54,125 nt of DNA from a virus (IMGVR_UViG_3300021373_002388:1-54125), one strand, 5' to 3'; counted from the stretch's first letter, positions 47,594-53,939 are shown. Program-made: numbers and translations. Notes: a model not told the origin generated them from the letters alone.

Positions 47594-47734
47594 TTTTGCA
47601 ACCTTATTTGCAACTAATATGCGAGTTTTATTTGCAACCTTTTTGCAGATTTTATTTGCAACCTTTTTGCAGATTTTATTTGCAAGTCAGATGCAGATTT
47701 TATTTGCAACCTTTTTGCAGATTTTATTTGCAGA
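47594..47734. repeat. 24-bp tandem repeat TTTTATTTGCAACCTTTTTGCAGA
   Basis: Exact units at 47626, 47650 and 47698; variant at 47674; degenerate/partial units at both ends. Confidence 0.92.
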
Positions 47735-47990
47735 TCATTCGAGGGTCGAGATGCAAAAACTTGGGTGTACCGGGCGAAACTGGGTGGGCCACAAGGGGGT
47801 AGCCTAGGAGACATACAGAGAAAAATCGGCAAAAACATCTGAGAAAAATTCGCAAAAAAACTGGGAGAACCCGGCGAAAAACTCAGCGGAGCCTCTGGGG
47901 AACTCGCGAAAAAAAGTCCAAGGCAATCGCGGGAAAAAAACGCATTGAACCGAAATCTGGGAGCACGTATGAGCTTACGGAAAAAACTGC

Positions 47991-48019
47991 TTGACACAAA
48001 GGGTCAAATATGGTACGAT
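47991..48019 (+). promoter_or_regulatory. sigma70 promoter
   Basis: TTGACA-N17-TACGAT. Confidence 0.7.
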
Positions 48020-48074
48020 GTATGGGGTCTAGGTAAAATGGGAGTCATTACGTAAATGACGCCCACACTCCCCC

Positions 48075-48102
48075 CTTGGACTCCGGTTTCCTAAGTTCCC
48101 GC
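48075..48102 (-). repeat. GCGGGAAC..ACCGG motif copy C
   Basis: GCGGGAAC-TTAGGAA-ACCGGAGTCCAAG on minus strand. Confidence 0.8.
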
Positions 48103-48131
48103 TCGGTGTGTATCTCTTTATGTTGTAACCC

Positions 48132-48159
48132 ATTATAATGATCTAAACCGAAATTGCAA
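48132..48159 (-). promoter_or_regulatory. sigma70 promoter (minus)
   Basis: TTGCAA-N16-TATAAT with upstream A-tracts. Confidence 0.65.
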
Positions 48160-48192
48160 GCTTTTTTTTAACTTTTTTTAACTTTTTTTCTA

Positions 48193-48222
48193 TTGACTTT
48201 CAGGTTTTTTTCGTGTTATAAT
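48193..48222 (+). promoter_or_regulatory. sigma70 promoter
   Basis: TTGACT-N18-TATAAT with extended -10 TG. Confidence 0.7.
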
Positions 48223-48268
48223 AAAGTAGCGTCTTGACGCCGGGGAAAAACACTCGGGCACCCTCCCC

Positions 48269-48298
48269 GTTTTGTACCCCGGTTTCCTAAGTTCCCGC
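48269..48298 (-). repeat. GCGGGAAC..ACCGG motif copy D
   Basis: GCGGGAAC-TTAGGAA-ACCGGGGTACAAAAC on minus strand. Confidence 0.8.
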
Positions 48299-48324
48299 AC
48301 GATTTCCCCTATGTCTTGAAAATC

Positions 48325-48352
48325 ATTATAATGATCTAGAAAAAAATTGCAA
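48325..48352 (-). promoter_or_regulatory. sigma70 promoter (minus)
   Basis: TTGCAA-N16-TATAAT. Confidence 0.65.
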
Positions 48353-48361
48353 GCATTATTT

Positions 48362-48381
48362 TACTGTTATTTTATACAGTA
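48362..48381. promoter_or_regulatory. LexA (SOS) box
   Basis: TACTGTTATTTTATACAGTA matches TACTGT-N8-ACAGTA. Confidence 0.7.
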
Positions 48382-48411
48382 GAAAATTTTTCTGTAGAAG
48401 AGTAAAAAAGC

Positions 48412-48440
48412 TTGACATGGTTCTTTTATTTCCCTATAGT
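48412..48440 (+). promoter_or_regulatory. sigma70 early promoter
   Basis: TTGACA-N17-TATAGT then AACAACACGAGG leader. Confidence 0.8.
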
Positions 48441-48469
48441 AGAACCATAAAACAACACGAGGTAACACT

Positions 48470-49303
48470 ATGAAACGCCAACAAGCCAAACAAATCACGA
48501 AAGCAGTATCAGAGAGAGACTATAGCAAGGTTATTTCCCTGATTGATATCGCACTAGCTACCGGGGAAGAAGGGCCTAGTTGGGTCCGCGATCTTACTAA
48601 GATCAAGGAATTTATTCAAGACGGAAAGCCCCGGTTTTCTATATTTGCCAAAGATGGAAACGGTAAGCTTCCATTCTTGGCGTTTTCCAGCATACCCGGC
48701 GAAGGTTTTTGTGGTGGTGCTGGTGAATGCCTGAATTTCTGTTATAGCTTTCGAGCATGGCGATACCCTGCAGCATTTTGTCGACAAGTACAGAATTCAA
48801 TCCTGTTACAGTCTAAATCCGGGCAAGATTCTATCTTGGCTGCGCTGGATAAGTTTAAGACAGATTCAATTGATTTCCGACTATATGTTGACGGGGATTT
48901 TACTGGGATTGAGGATATAGAATTCTGGTTTTCTGCTTTGATTGCCCGACCATGGTTAAAAACTTATGGTTATAGTAAATCATGGCAATCCCTGCTTGAT
49001 TACTCTGGGGAATACCCGGAAAACTACCAACTAAACCTTTCTAGCGGTTCAATATACGGGGACGATATAAAAGCCCGCGTATCTCAATTGCCTATTACTA
49101 GGGGTGAGTTTATAGCCGTTTCAGTAGGCCACAAGGTAAAATCCAGCGACCATGGGAACCGGGACCACCAAAAACTTCTGCGGGAAGTCTACGGGAAAAA
49201 AGCTTTTACTTGTCCGGGGCTCTGTGGTGATTGTACCAATAAGGGGCATGCATGTGGCTCTGATCGATTCAAGGGGCTAGATATCATTATAGCGGTTCAC
49301 TAA
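48470..49303 (+). CDS. Phage gp88-like protein (radical-SAM-like Cys motif)
   Basis: GNGKL..FS.IPG..CGGAGECLNFCY, FRLYVDGDF, YGYSK, C-terminal CPG.CGDC...HAC. Confidence 0.65.
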   Translation: MKRQQAKQITKAVSERDYSKVISLIDIALATGEEGPSWVRDLTKIKEFIQDGKPRFSIFAKDGNGKLPFLAFSSIPGEGFCGGAGECLNFCYSFRAWRYPAAFCRQVQNSILLQSKSGQDSILAALDKFKTDSIDFRLYVDGDFTGIEDIEFWFSALIARPWLKTYGYSKSWQSLLDYSGEYPENYQLNLSSGSIYGDDIKARVSQLPITRGEFIAVSVGHKVKSSDHGNRDHQKLLREVYGKKAFTCPGLCGDCTNKGHACGSDRFKGLDIIIAVH

Positions 49304-49318
49304 AAAGGGGGGATTGTC

Positions 49319-49345
49319 AAGGGGCTCTATATGGGCCCCTTTTTT
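49319..49345 (+). terminator. Intrinsic terminator
   Basis: AAGGGGCTC-TATAT-GGGCCCCTT plus T run. Confidence 0.8.
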
Positions 49346-49362
49346 GACCCTGAAAAAAAAAT

Positions 49363-49391
49363 TTGACTTTTAGTTTTTTTCGTGTTATAAT
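49363..49391 (+). promoter_or_regulatory. sigma70 promoter
   Basis: TTGACT-N17-TATAAT; paralog of the 48193 promoter. Confidence 0.75.
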
Positions 49392-49436
49392 GAAAGTAGC
49401 GACCTTTCGCCCCAGCTTCAATCGCCCACTCTCCCC

Positions 49437-49464
49437 GTCTTGTACTCCGGTTTCGTGTTCCCGC
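49437..49464 (-). repeat. GCGGGAAC..ACCGG motif copy E
   Basis: GCGGGAAC-ACGAA-ACCGGAGTACAAGAC on minus strand. Confidence 0.8.
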
Positions 49465-49487
49465 TCGTTTCCTCTATGTTGTAACCC

Positions 49488-49515
49488 ATTATAATGATCT
49501 AGAAAAAAATTGCAA
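49488..49515 (-). promoter_or_regulatory. sigma70 promoter (minus)
   Basis: TTGCAA-N16-TATAAT, same sequence as the 48325 promoter. Confidence 0.65.
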
Positions 49516-49524
49516 GCATTATTT

Positions 49525-49544
49525 TACTGTTTTTTTATACAGTA
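49525..49544. promoter_or_regulatory. LexA (SOS) box
   Basis: TACTGTTTTTTTATACAGTA directly abutting a -35 box. Confidence 0.7.
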
Positions 49545-49572
49545 TTGACTTTTCCTGAGATATCCCTATAAT
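49545..49572 (+). promoter_or_regulatory. sigma70 early promoter
   Basis: TTGACT-N16-TATAAT. Confidence 0.75.
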
Positions 49573-49607
49573 GGTTTCAACATCAACAAAACGAGGGAAC
49601 AACAGAG

Positions 49608-49808
49608 ATGGATAAAATCGATCACGAAGCAATCACCATAGCCATTTTAGATGAGCATATCGCTCTTTTGAAACAAGCTTTTAAAGAAGCTGGGGGTGAG
49701 TTTCCCACGTTTAGCCCTGACCCTGTAAAGGAGCGTAGAAAGGTTTTGAAGCTTATCCGGGCAATGAAGCGAACTAGAGCGTGGTTTGTTTCCCCAGAGG
49801 AAGCCTAG
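49608..49808 (+). CDS. Hypothetical early protein
   Basis: Own promoter and ACGAGG leader. Confidence 0.6.
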   Translation: MDKIDHEAITIAILDEHIALLKQAFKEAGGEFPTFSPDPVKERRKVLKLIRAMKRTRAWFVSPEEA

Positions 49809-49857
49809 TACACAGATAAAAAACCCTATCGAATCCGTGAAATTTCTTAAAAACCCC

Positions 49858-49885
49858 TTGACAAAATCTAGAAATAGGGTATTAT
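49858..49885 (+). promoter_or_regulatory. sigma70 early promoter
   Basis: TTGACA-N16-TATTAT. Confidence 0.7.
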
Positions 49886-49920
49886 TAAGACACTACCAAC
49901 AACCAACGAGGAACAACAAC

Positions 49921-50292
49921 ATGGCTTACATGAACCAAGAAACAAAGAAGAAACTGGCTCCCGGTATCAAAGCCGTTCTAGCTGAATACGGTATGAAGGG
50001 AACCTTGTCTGTTCGAAACCACATGGTCCTAGAAGTTAACATTAGGAAAGGGGCTCTAGACGTTGCTCAAGACGTAAAAGAGTCCCATGGTCGGGATTAC
50101 TTCCAAGTCAACCCTTACTGGTTTGACGAGCATTACACGGGTAAGACAAGGGAGTTTCTGGGTAAGCTTATGGCCGCAATCAAGGGCGATCAGTGGTACG
50201 ATAACAGTGACGCTATGACCGACTATTTCGACACTGCTTATTACTTCGATATCAATATCGGGGAATATGGAAGACCCTACGAAAAAATTTAA
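49921..50292 (+). CDS. Hypothetical early protein (LPD29-like motif)
   Basis: GAGG RBS; LSVRNH, YDNSDAMTDYFD. Confidence 0.65.
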   Translation: MAYMNQETKKKLAPGIKAVLAEYGMKGTLSVRNHMVLEVNIRKGALDVAQDVKESHGRDYFQVNPYWFDEHYTGKTREFLGKLMAAIKGDQWYDNSDAMTDYFDTAYYFDINIGEYGRPYEKI

Positions 50293-50311
50293 ATTAATTG
50301 CTCTAGGGGTA

Positions 50312-50340
50312 TTGACAAGGGGCTATAGGTTCGATACTAT
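50312..50340 (+). promoter_or_regulatory. sigma70 early promoter embedded in inverted repeat
   Basis: TTGACA-N17-TACTAT. Confidence 0.75.
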
Positions 50341-50372
50341 AGCTCCAACATCAACGAAACGAGGAAAACAAA

Positions 50373-50666
50373 ATGAACTCAGCGAAAAATCTTTTAGACT
50401 ACGCTCGAAAGCAAGGTTACAAAGTAGCCGTAACATGTGCCAGTGAGGGGGACGTATTACAAAAGTCTACCACTAGCTGGCCCAAGATCAAGGAAGCTAT
50501 CGAATCAACTGGATACGTTCACATGGTAGTCCGGGACACTATAAACAAAATCTCAGTTGCCACGGCACTGGTAATCGATCACGACGATACTGAGGAATGG
50601 GTTAGTGATTACGGGGTCAACGCTTTTATGGATGGATGGGAAAAACAAGTTTACGCACGGAATTAA
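50373..50666 (+). CDS. Hypothetical early protein
   Basis: ACGAGG RBS; EEWVSDY. Confidence 0.65.
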   Translation: MNSAKNLLDYARKQGYKVAVTCASEGDVLQKSTTSWPKIKEAIESTGYVHMVVRDTINKISVATALVIDHDDTEEWVSDYGVNAFMDGWEKQVYARN

Positions 50667-50683
50667 GTTGTTGTTGGTGCTTT

Positions 50684-50711
50684 GGGGGGTCTATATGGCC
50701 CCCTTTTTTTT
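50684..50711 (+). terminator. Intrinsic terminator
   Basis: GGGGGTC-TATAT-GGCCCCC plus T8; same design as the 49319 terminator. Confidence 0.8.
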
Positions 50712-50746
50712 GGATTCCAACCACGTAAAAGACACGCAGGGGTGGT

Positions 50747-50774
50747 GTTTTGTACTCCGGTTTCGTGTTCCCGC
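50747..50774 (-). repeat. GCGGGAAC..ACCGG motif copy F
   Basis: GCGGGAAC-ACGAA-ACCGGAGTACAAAAC on minus strand. Confidence 0.8.
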
Positions 50775-50785
50775 TTTATGGTTTA

Positions 50786-50813
50786 ACTATACCAAACTCA
50801 CAAGAAAAGTCAA
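50786..50813 (-). promoter_or_regulatory. sigma70 promoter (minus)
   Basis: TTGACT-N16-TATAGT. Confidence 0.7.
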
Positions 50814-50846
50814 GGGTTTTTTCTGAAAAAAACTTAAAAAAAACTA

Positions 50847-50874
50847 TTGACTTTTCCTTTTATCTGGGTATACT
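50847..50874 (+). promoter_or_regulatory. sigma70 early promoter
   Basis: TTGACT-N16-TATACT. Confidence 0.7.
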
Positions 50875-50881
50875 ACTAATC

Positions 50882-51009
50882 ATAGAGTGATCGGATGGGA
50901 CGGGTAAATATCCGACTTGATGAAGGTGTTCCCCGCCTGACGCTACCCCGTAAAGGTAGGCCCTGAAGTGAACCGAGTGATCTTCGGAGAGCTTTAGGGG
51001 TCACTCTAT
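50882..51009 (+). ncRNA. Candidate structured RNA (about 128 nt) at transcript start
   Basis: Closing stem ATAGAGTGA/TCACTCTAT; inner stems TCGGAT/ATCCGA, CTACC/GGTAG, CCCTGAAG/CTTTAGGG, CCGA/TCGG. Confidence 0.6.
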
Positions 51010-51039
51010 AACACCAACTTACAACGAGAGGATTATATT

Positions 51040-51255
51040 ATGAGAGAATTTTTTACCCGTAGACCTTTAGACAATGCCCCCATCGTAGTCAAAGAGGGTG
51101 TTGAGGGATTTTTCCCGATGCAGGATAAGACTGTTTCAGACGCTACTCTGAAGGCTTTGAATGAGGCCCACGGTAACACAGAGAAAGACGTTCTACACGC
51201 TGTTTCCTGCTCTATGTTTGGTTGGGATATCCCGGCTGCTGATTTGATTTCATAA
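51040..51255 (+). CDS. Hypothetical early protein
   Basis: GAGG RBS; SMFGWD.PAA motif. Confidence 0.65.
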   Translation: MREFFTRRPLDNAPIVVKEGVEGFFPMQDKTVSDATLKALNEAHGNTEKDVLHAVSCSMFGWDIPAADLIS

Positions 51256-51261
51256 GGGGGG

Positions 51262-51290
51262 TTGACAAGGGGTCATAGGTTCGATACTAT
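51262..51290 (+). promoter_or_regulatory. sigma70 early promoter embedded in inverted repeat
   Basis: TTGACA-N17-TACTAT. Confidence 0.75.
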
Positions 51291-51324
51291 GACCCCAACA
51301 TCAACAACCAACAAGGACAACAAA

Positions 51325-51549
51325 ATGAGCGGTAACTTTATGACAATCAGATTCCCGGTTGAGGTCACCATGGAAGCGGATAGTCTATACGGTATGGACA
51401 AGGAAGAAGCCAAGAAAAAAATAATCGAGGCTTGTCTAAAACACTTTTTACTTGGCTTCACCAATGTCCACGATGACACTTACAGTGATCTATGCTCTGT
51501 TGAGATGGTCGATATCGATAACGCCACAATGGAAAACTGGAGTTTATAA
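51325..51549 (+). CDS. Hypothetical early protein
   Basis: AAGGA RBS before ATG 51325. Confidence 0.6.
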   Translation: MSGNFMTIRFPVEVTMEADSLYGMDKEEAKKKIIEACLKHFLLGFTNVHDDTYSDLCSVEMVDIDNATMENWSL

Positions 51550-51917
51550 TGGGAACTTACGTATTCAAAATCACAGGGAAAAAGACCACCCTAAAAAACG
51601 GTCAGAAGGCTAACATAGCAGTCTATGCCTACAAGCCTTATGGATTCTTCTCGTCCAATGAAGCGACTGTCCGGGCGAATAATCAAATGCACCGAGAGAG
51701 CGGCTGCTATACGGCTGACCGGTATGTGAAGGACAGCCAAGGGTTCACTGGGTTAGTTGTGTTAGGTCATTATGATAAAGGGAAATTGTCCCCGGACTCC
51801 AGAGACCCAGAGAGCGCCCTGCCGTGGCCCAGAGAATGGGAGGGGTCATTCTATGACGATTCTTTTAACGGGATGTTGTACAGACACCATAACCAACAGG
51901 AGGGAACTACTGTATAA
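51549..51917 (+). CDS. Hypothetical early protein
   Basis: TAATG coupling. Confidence 0.6.
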   Translation: MGTYVFKITGKKTTLKNGQKANIAVYAYKPYGFFSSNEATVRANNQMHRESGCYTADRYVKDSQGFTGLVVLGHYDKGKLSPDSRDPESALPWPREWEGSFYDDSFNGMLYRHHNQQEGTTV

Positions 51918-51927
51918 ATGAACAGTT
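51908..51927. promoter_or_regulatory. LexA (SOS) box overlapping a -35 box
   Basis: TACTGTATAAATGAACAGTT; TTGACA starts at 51926 (TTGACA-N16-TACGAT). Confidence 0.72.
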
Positions 51928-51986
51928 GACACGGGGGCCCATTGTGGTACGATGGGCTCTCAATTCAACAACACGAGGAAACGAAA

Positions 51987-52331
51987 ATGTGTAGCAAAAA
52001 AGATTTACAGGATTACTTAAACAAGCCCTGCACGGATTCGGACTTGGTGCCGGGTACGGTTCGACCAATTCGGCTTTATGATGACATGTCATTATCGGTT
52101 CAGGCATCAGCGCACCACTACTGTACCCCCAAGAAAGACGGGGCTCAGTATACCTCTGTAGAGGTTGGAATCTCTCATGATGATTATTTCATTTTACAGG
52201 ATGATCTGAAGGATTGGGATTTCCGATTGGTCGCTAAGGACTACTGGATAGCTGGCTGGGTATCAATCGACAAGGTAGCTGATTTTATATCCGAGTATGG
52301 AAACGGCGATGCCCAGTGTGGGAGGTTCTAA
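51987..52331 (+). CDS. Hypothetical early protein
   Basis: ACGAGG RBS; LSVQAS..HYCTP...YTSVEVG motif. Confidence 0.65.
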   Translation: MCSKKDLQDYLNKPCTDSDLVPGTVRPIRLYDDMSLSVQASAHHYCTPKKDGAQYTSVEVGISHDDYFILQDDLKDWDFRLVAKDYWIAGWVSIDKVADFISEYGNGDAQCGRF

Positions 52332-52338
52332 AAAAAGC

Positions 52339-52367
52339 TTGACAAGGGGGGGTAGATCGACTAATAT
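52339..52367 (+). promoter_or_regulatory. sigma70 early promoter
   Basis: TTGACA-N17-TAATAT. Confidence 0.7.
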
Positions 52368-52404
52368 CCCCCTGAGTTCAACGAAAACTAACGAGGAAAA
52401 ACTT

Positions 52405-52605
52405 ATGAGTATGTCACTTGAAATCTGGAGACCGAGAAACCAAGAGTTCTATGCCCGATCATTGGGTACTGGTACGGTATACCTTACCATCAACTATCGG
52501 GACAATGACAGTTCCCCGGAGAACTCAGTAACGATTTACTTTGAGAATGAGGCTGAATTAGAAGCCTTTAAAAAGGGAATCAATAGCTGTGAAATAGAAA
52601 CTTAA
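52405..52605 (+). CDS. Hypothetical early protein
   Basis: ACGAGG RBS before ATG 52405. Confidence 0.6.
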   Translation: MSMSLEIWRPRNQEFYARSLGTGTVYLTINYRDNDSSPENSVTIYFENEAELEAFKKGINSCEIET

Positions 52606-52622
52606 TTCGTTGGTGAAGCAGA

Positions 52623-52653
52623 GGGGGGTAAGGAAACCCCCCCGAGCTTTTTT
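52623..52653 (+). terminator. Possible terminator hairpin
   Basis: G6/C6 stem followed by GAGCTTTTTT. Confidence 0.45.
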
Positions 52654-52665
52654 CAGGAGGTAGCG

Positions 52666-52899
52666 ATGAGAATTCCCAAAATCCAATGGGTAAAAGATGA
52701 GGACGATCATTTCTCACTTGAGGGTCGTTTCGAAATCGATGCGGCATACTGTGGTCGCACTCGACCAACGCACTATTATTTGGACGATAATGTAACCAAT
52801 ACCCGTGAAAGGTTTGAGGATTTGAACAGTGCTAAGGATAAGGCTAATCGAATTATTGCCGGGGTGTGGATGAAACGAATGCCCGAAAAATTCAAATAG
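52666..52899 (+). CDS. Hypothetical protein
   Basis: AGGAGG RBS. Confidence 0.6.
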   Translation: MRIPKIQWVKDEDDHFSLEGRFEIDAAYCGRTRPTHYYLDDNVTNTRERFEDLNSAKDKANRIIAGVWMKRMPEKFK

Positions 52900-52903
52900 G
52901 GGG

Positions 52904-52932
52904 TTGACACGTAACCCCTAATCGATTAAGGT
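52904..52932 (+). promoter_or_regulatory. sigma70 early promoter
   Basis: TTGACA-N17-TAAGGT, ACACGAGG leader. Confidence 0.6.
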
Positions 52933-52963
52933 AAGACCACACTAACAACACGAGGAAACATCA

Positions 52964-53236
52964 ATGAAACAAGCACAACTTATTAATCACCTTAACAAAC
53001 TGTTCCCAGAAGCCCGCGCCGTGGCAAGAGAAGAGTTCGACGGTAGCAATGTTGGCGTTTGGTTTAGAGGCAGCGAAGACTTTTTAGCTAATGGTGAACG
53101 AGTATTTGACCATTATGAAGTAAGCTGGAACTTTGGAATGAACCCTGCTATTGAGGTAGTACTAGAGAAAGCTGGCTGGTACAGTGAACCATACGATGCT
53201 GGTACGGCAATGGCATACCCGAAAAATTCAAATTAA
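52964..53236 (+). CDS. Hypothetical early protein
   Basis: ACGAGG RBS; GWY.EPYDAGT motif. Confidence 0.65.
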   Translation: MKQAQLINHLNKLFPEARAVAREEFDGSNVGVWFRGSEDFLANGERVFDHYEVSWNFGMNPAIEVVLEKAGWYSEPYDAGTAMAYPKNSN

Positions 53237-53239
53237 GAG

Positions 53240-53268
53240 TTGACAAGGGGTCATAGGTTCTATACTAT
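53240..53268 (+). promoter_or_regulatory. sigma70 early promoter embedded in inverted repeat
   Basis: TTGACA-N17-TACTAT; near-identical to the 51262 promoter. Confidence 0.75.
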
Positions 53269-53302
53269 GACCCCATCATCAACAACCAACGAGGAAACAT
53301 CA

Positions 53303-53440
53303 ATGAAACAACTTACTATTCTAATGCCAGATCATGAATTGGACATGATCATCAAGTTGATTGAGGCAGCCGAGGAAGCGGGCCTTATAGGTGAAGATGG
53401 TTTCACTGTACAAGTTGAAGATTCGGCGGGGGTACACTAA
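53303..53440 (+). CDS. Small hypothetical early protein
   Basis: ACGAGG RBS before ATG 53303. Confidence 0.55.
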   Translation: MKQLTILMPDHELDMIIKLIEAAEEAGLIGEDGFTVQVEDSAGVH

Positions 53441-53880
53441 TGAAAAACTCAGAAATCATTAAAAACATGGTTAAAATAGCCGAACAAATTCAGACCCAGC
53501 TTGAATCTTTGGAAGAGCTTAACGAGGATTTTGGGGGTAACCTGAATTCAGAGACAGAGCAGGAACTACATGAAGAGCTTTATAGAAGCATTAACGCCAT
53601 CAACCAATGGAATGAAACAACTATTTATAGCATGAATAGTCACATTCAAAAGGGTAAGCGCAGAACCACAGAGAGGCGTTACAGGAGCCTAGACAGGCAT
53701 TGTGACATGGAACTAAGCTATGAGCAGGCTCTATATGAAGAATTCGCTTCACAGGCTCTCTCACAGGGTGTAAGCCCCGACCAAATCCGTGATGCATACA
53801 TGAGAGACTTACCGGGAAAAACCGAAAGCCTCACATGGGATATTGAGGAAAATGTGGAATCTCGGAGGATTGATGCTTGA
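53440..53880 (+). CDS. Hypothetical protein
   Basis: TAATG coupling. Confidence 0.55.
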   Translation: MKNSEIIKNMVKIAEQIQTQLESLEELNEDFGGNLNSETEQELHEELYRSINAINQWNETTIYSMNSHIQKGKRRTTERRYRSLDRHCDMELSYEQALYEEFASQALSQGVSPDQIRDAYMRDLPGKTESLTWDIEENVESRRIDA

Positions 53881-53905
53881 CATTTGGTAATTCCTCCCGT
53901 ATAGT
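53877..53905 (+). promoter_or_regulatory. sigma70 early promoter
   Basis: TTGACA-N17-TATAGT. Confidence 0.75.
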
Positions 53906-53939
53906 CTAGACACCATCAACGGAAACGAGGAAATACATT

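Larger units (their letters stand above)
46863..48411. other. About 1.55-kb non-coding control region with promoter array, repeats and A-tracts
   Basis: No credible CDS; dense promoters, direct/inverted repeats and tandem repeats. Confidence 0.8.

Noticed and set aside
47594-47734. 24-bp repeats as CRISPR, or as the ORFs 47509-47802 and 47619-47807
   Set aside because: No unique spacers; the ORFs are translations of the repeat with no RBS
47209-47997. ORF-track entries in the control region
   Set aside because: They run through promoters and repeats, are low complexity and lack RBS
48075-48102. Resemblance of the motif to 16S rRNA words GGGAAC and AAACCGGAG
   Set aside because: Short, gapped matches recalled from memory; likely chance and there is no rRNA gene here
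47447-50774. GCGGGAAC motif copies (and GTGTTCCCCGC at about 50926) as a CRISPR array
   Set aside because: Only partial likeness to half of a type I-E repeat; copies are irregularly spaced, on both strands and non-palindromic, with no cas genes
50319-51296. GGTTCGATAC as tRNA T-arms
   Set aside because: No cloverleaf, D-arm or anticodon arm; these are promoter-embedded hairpins
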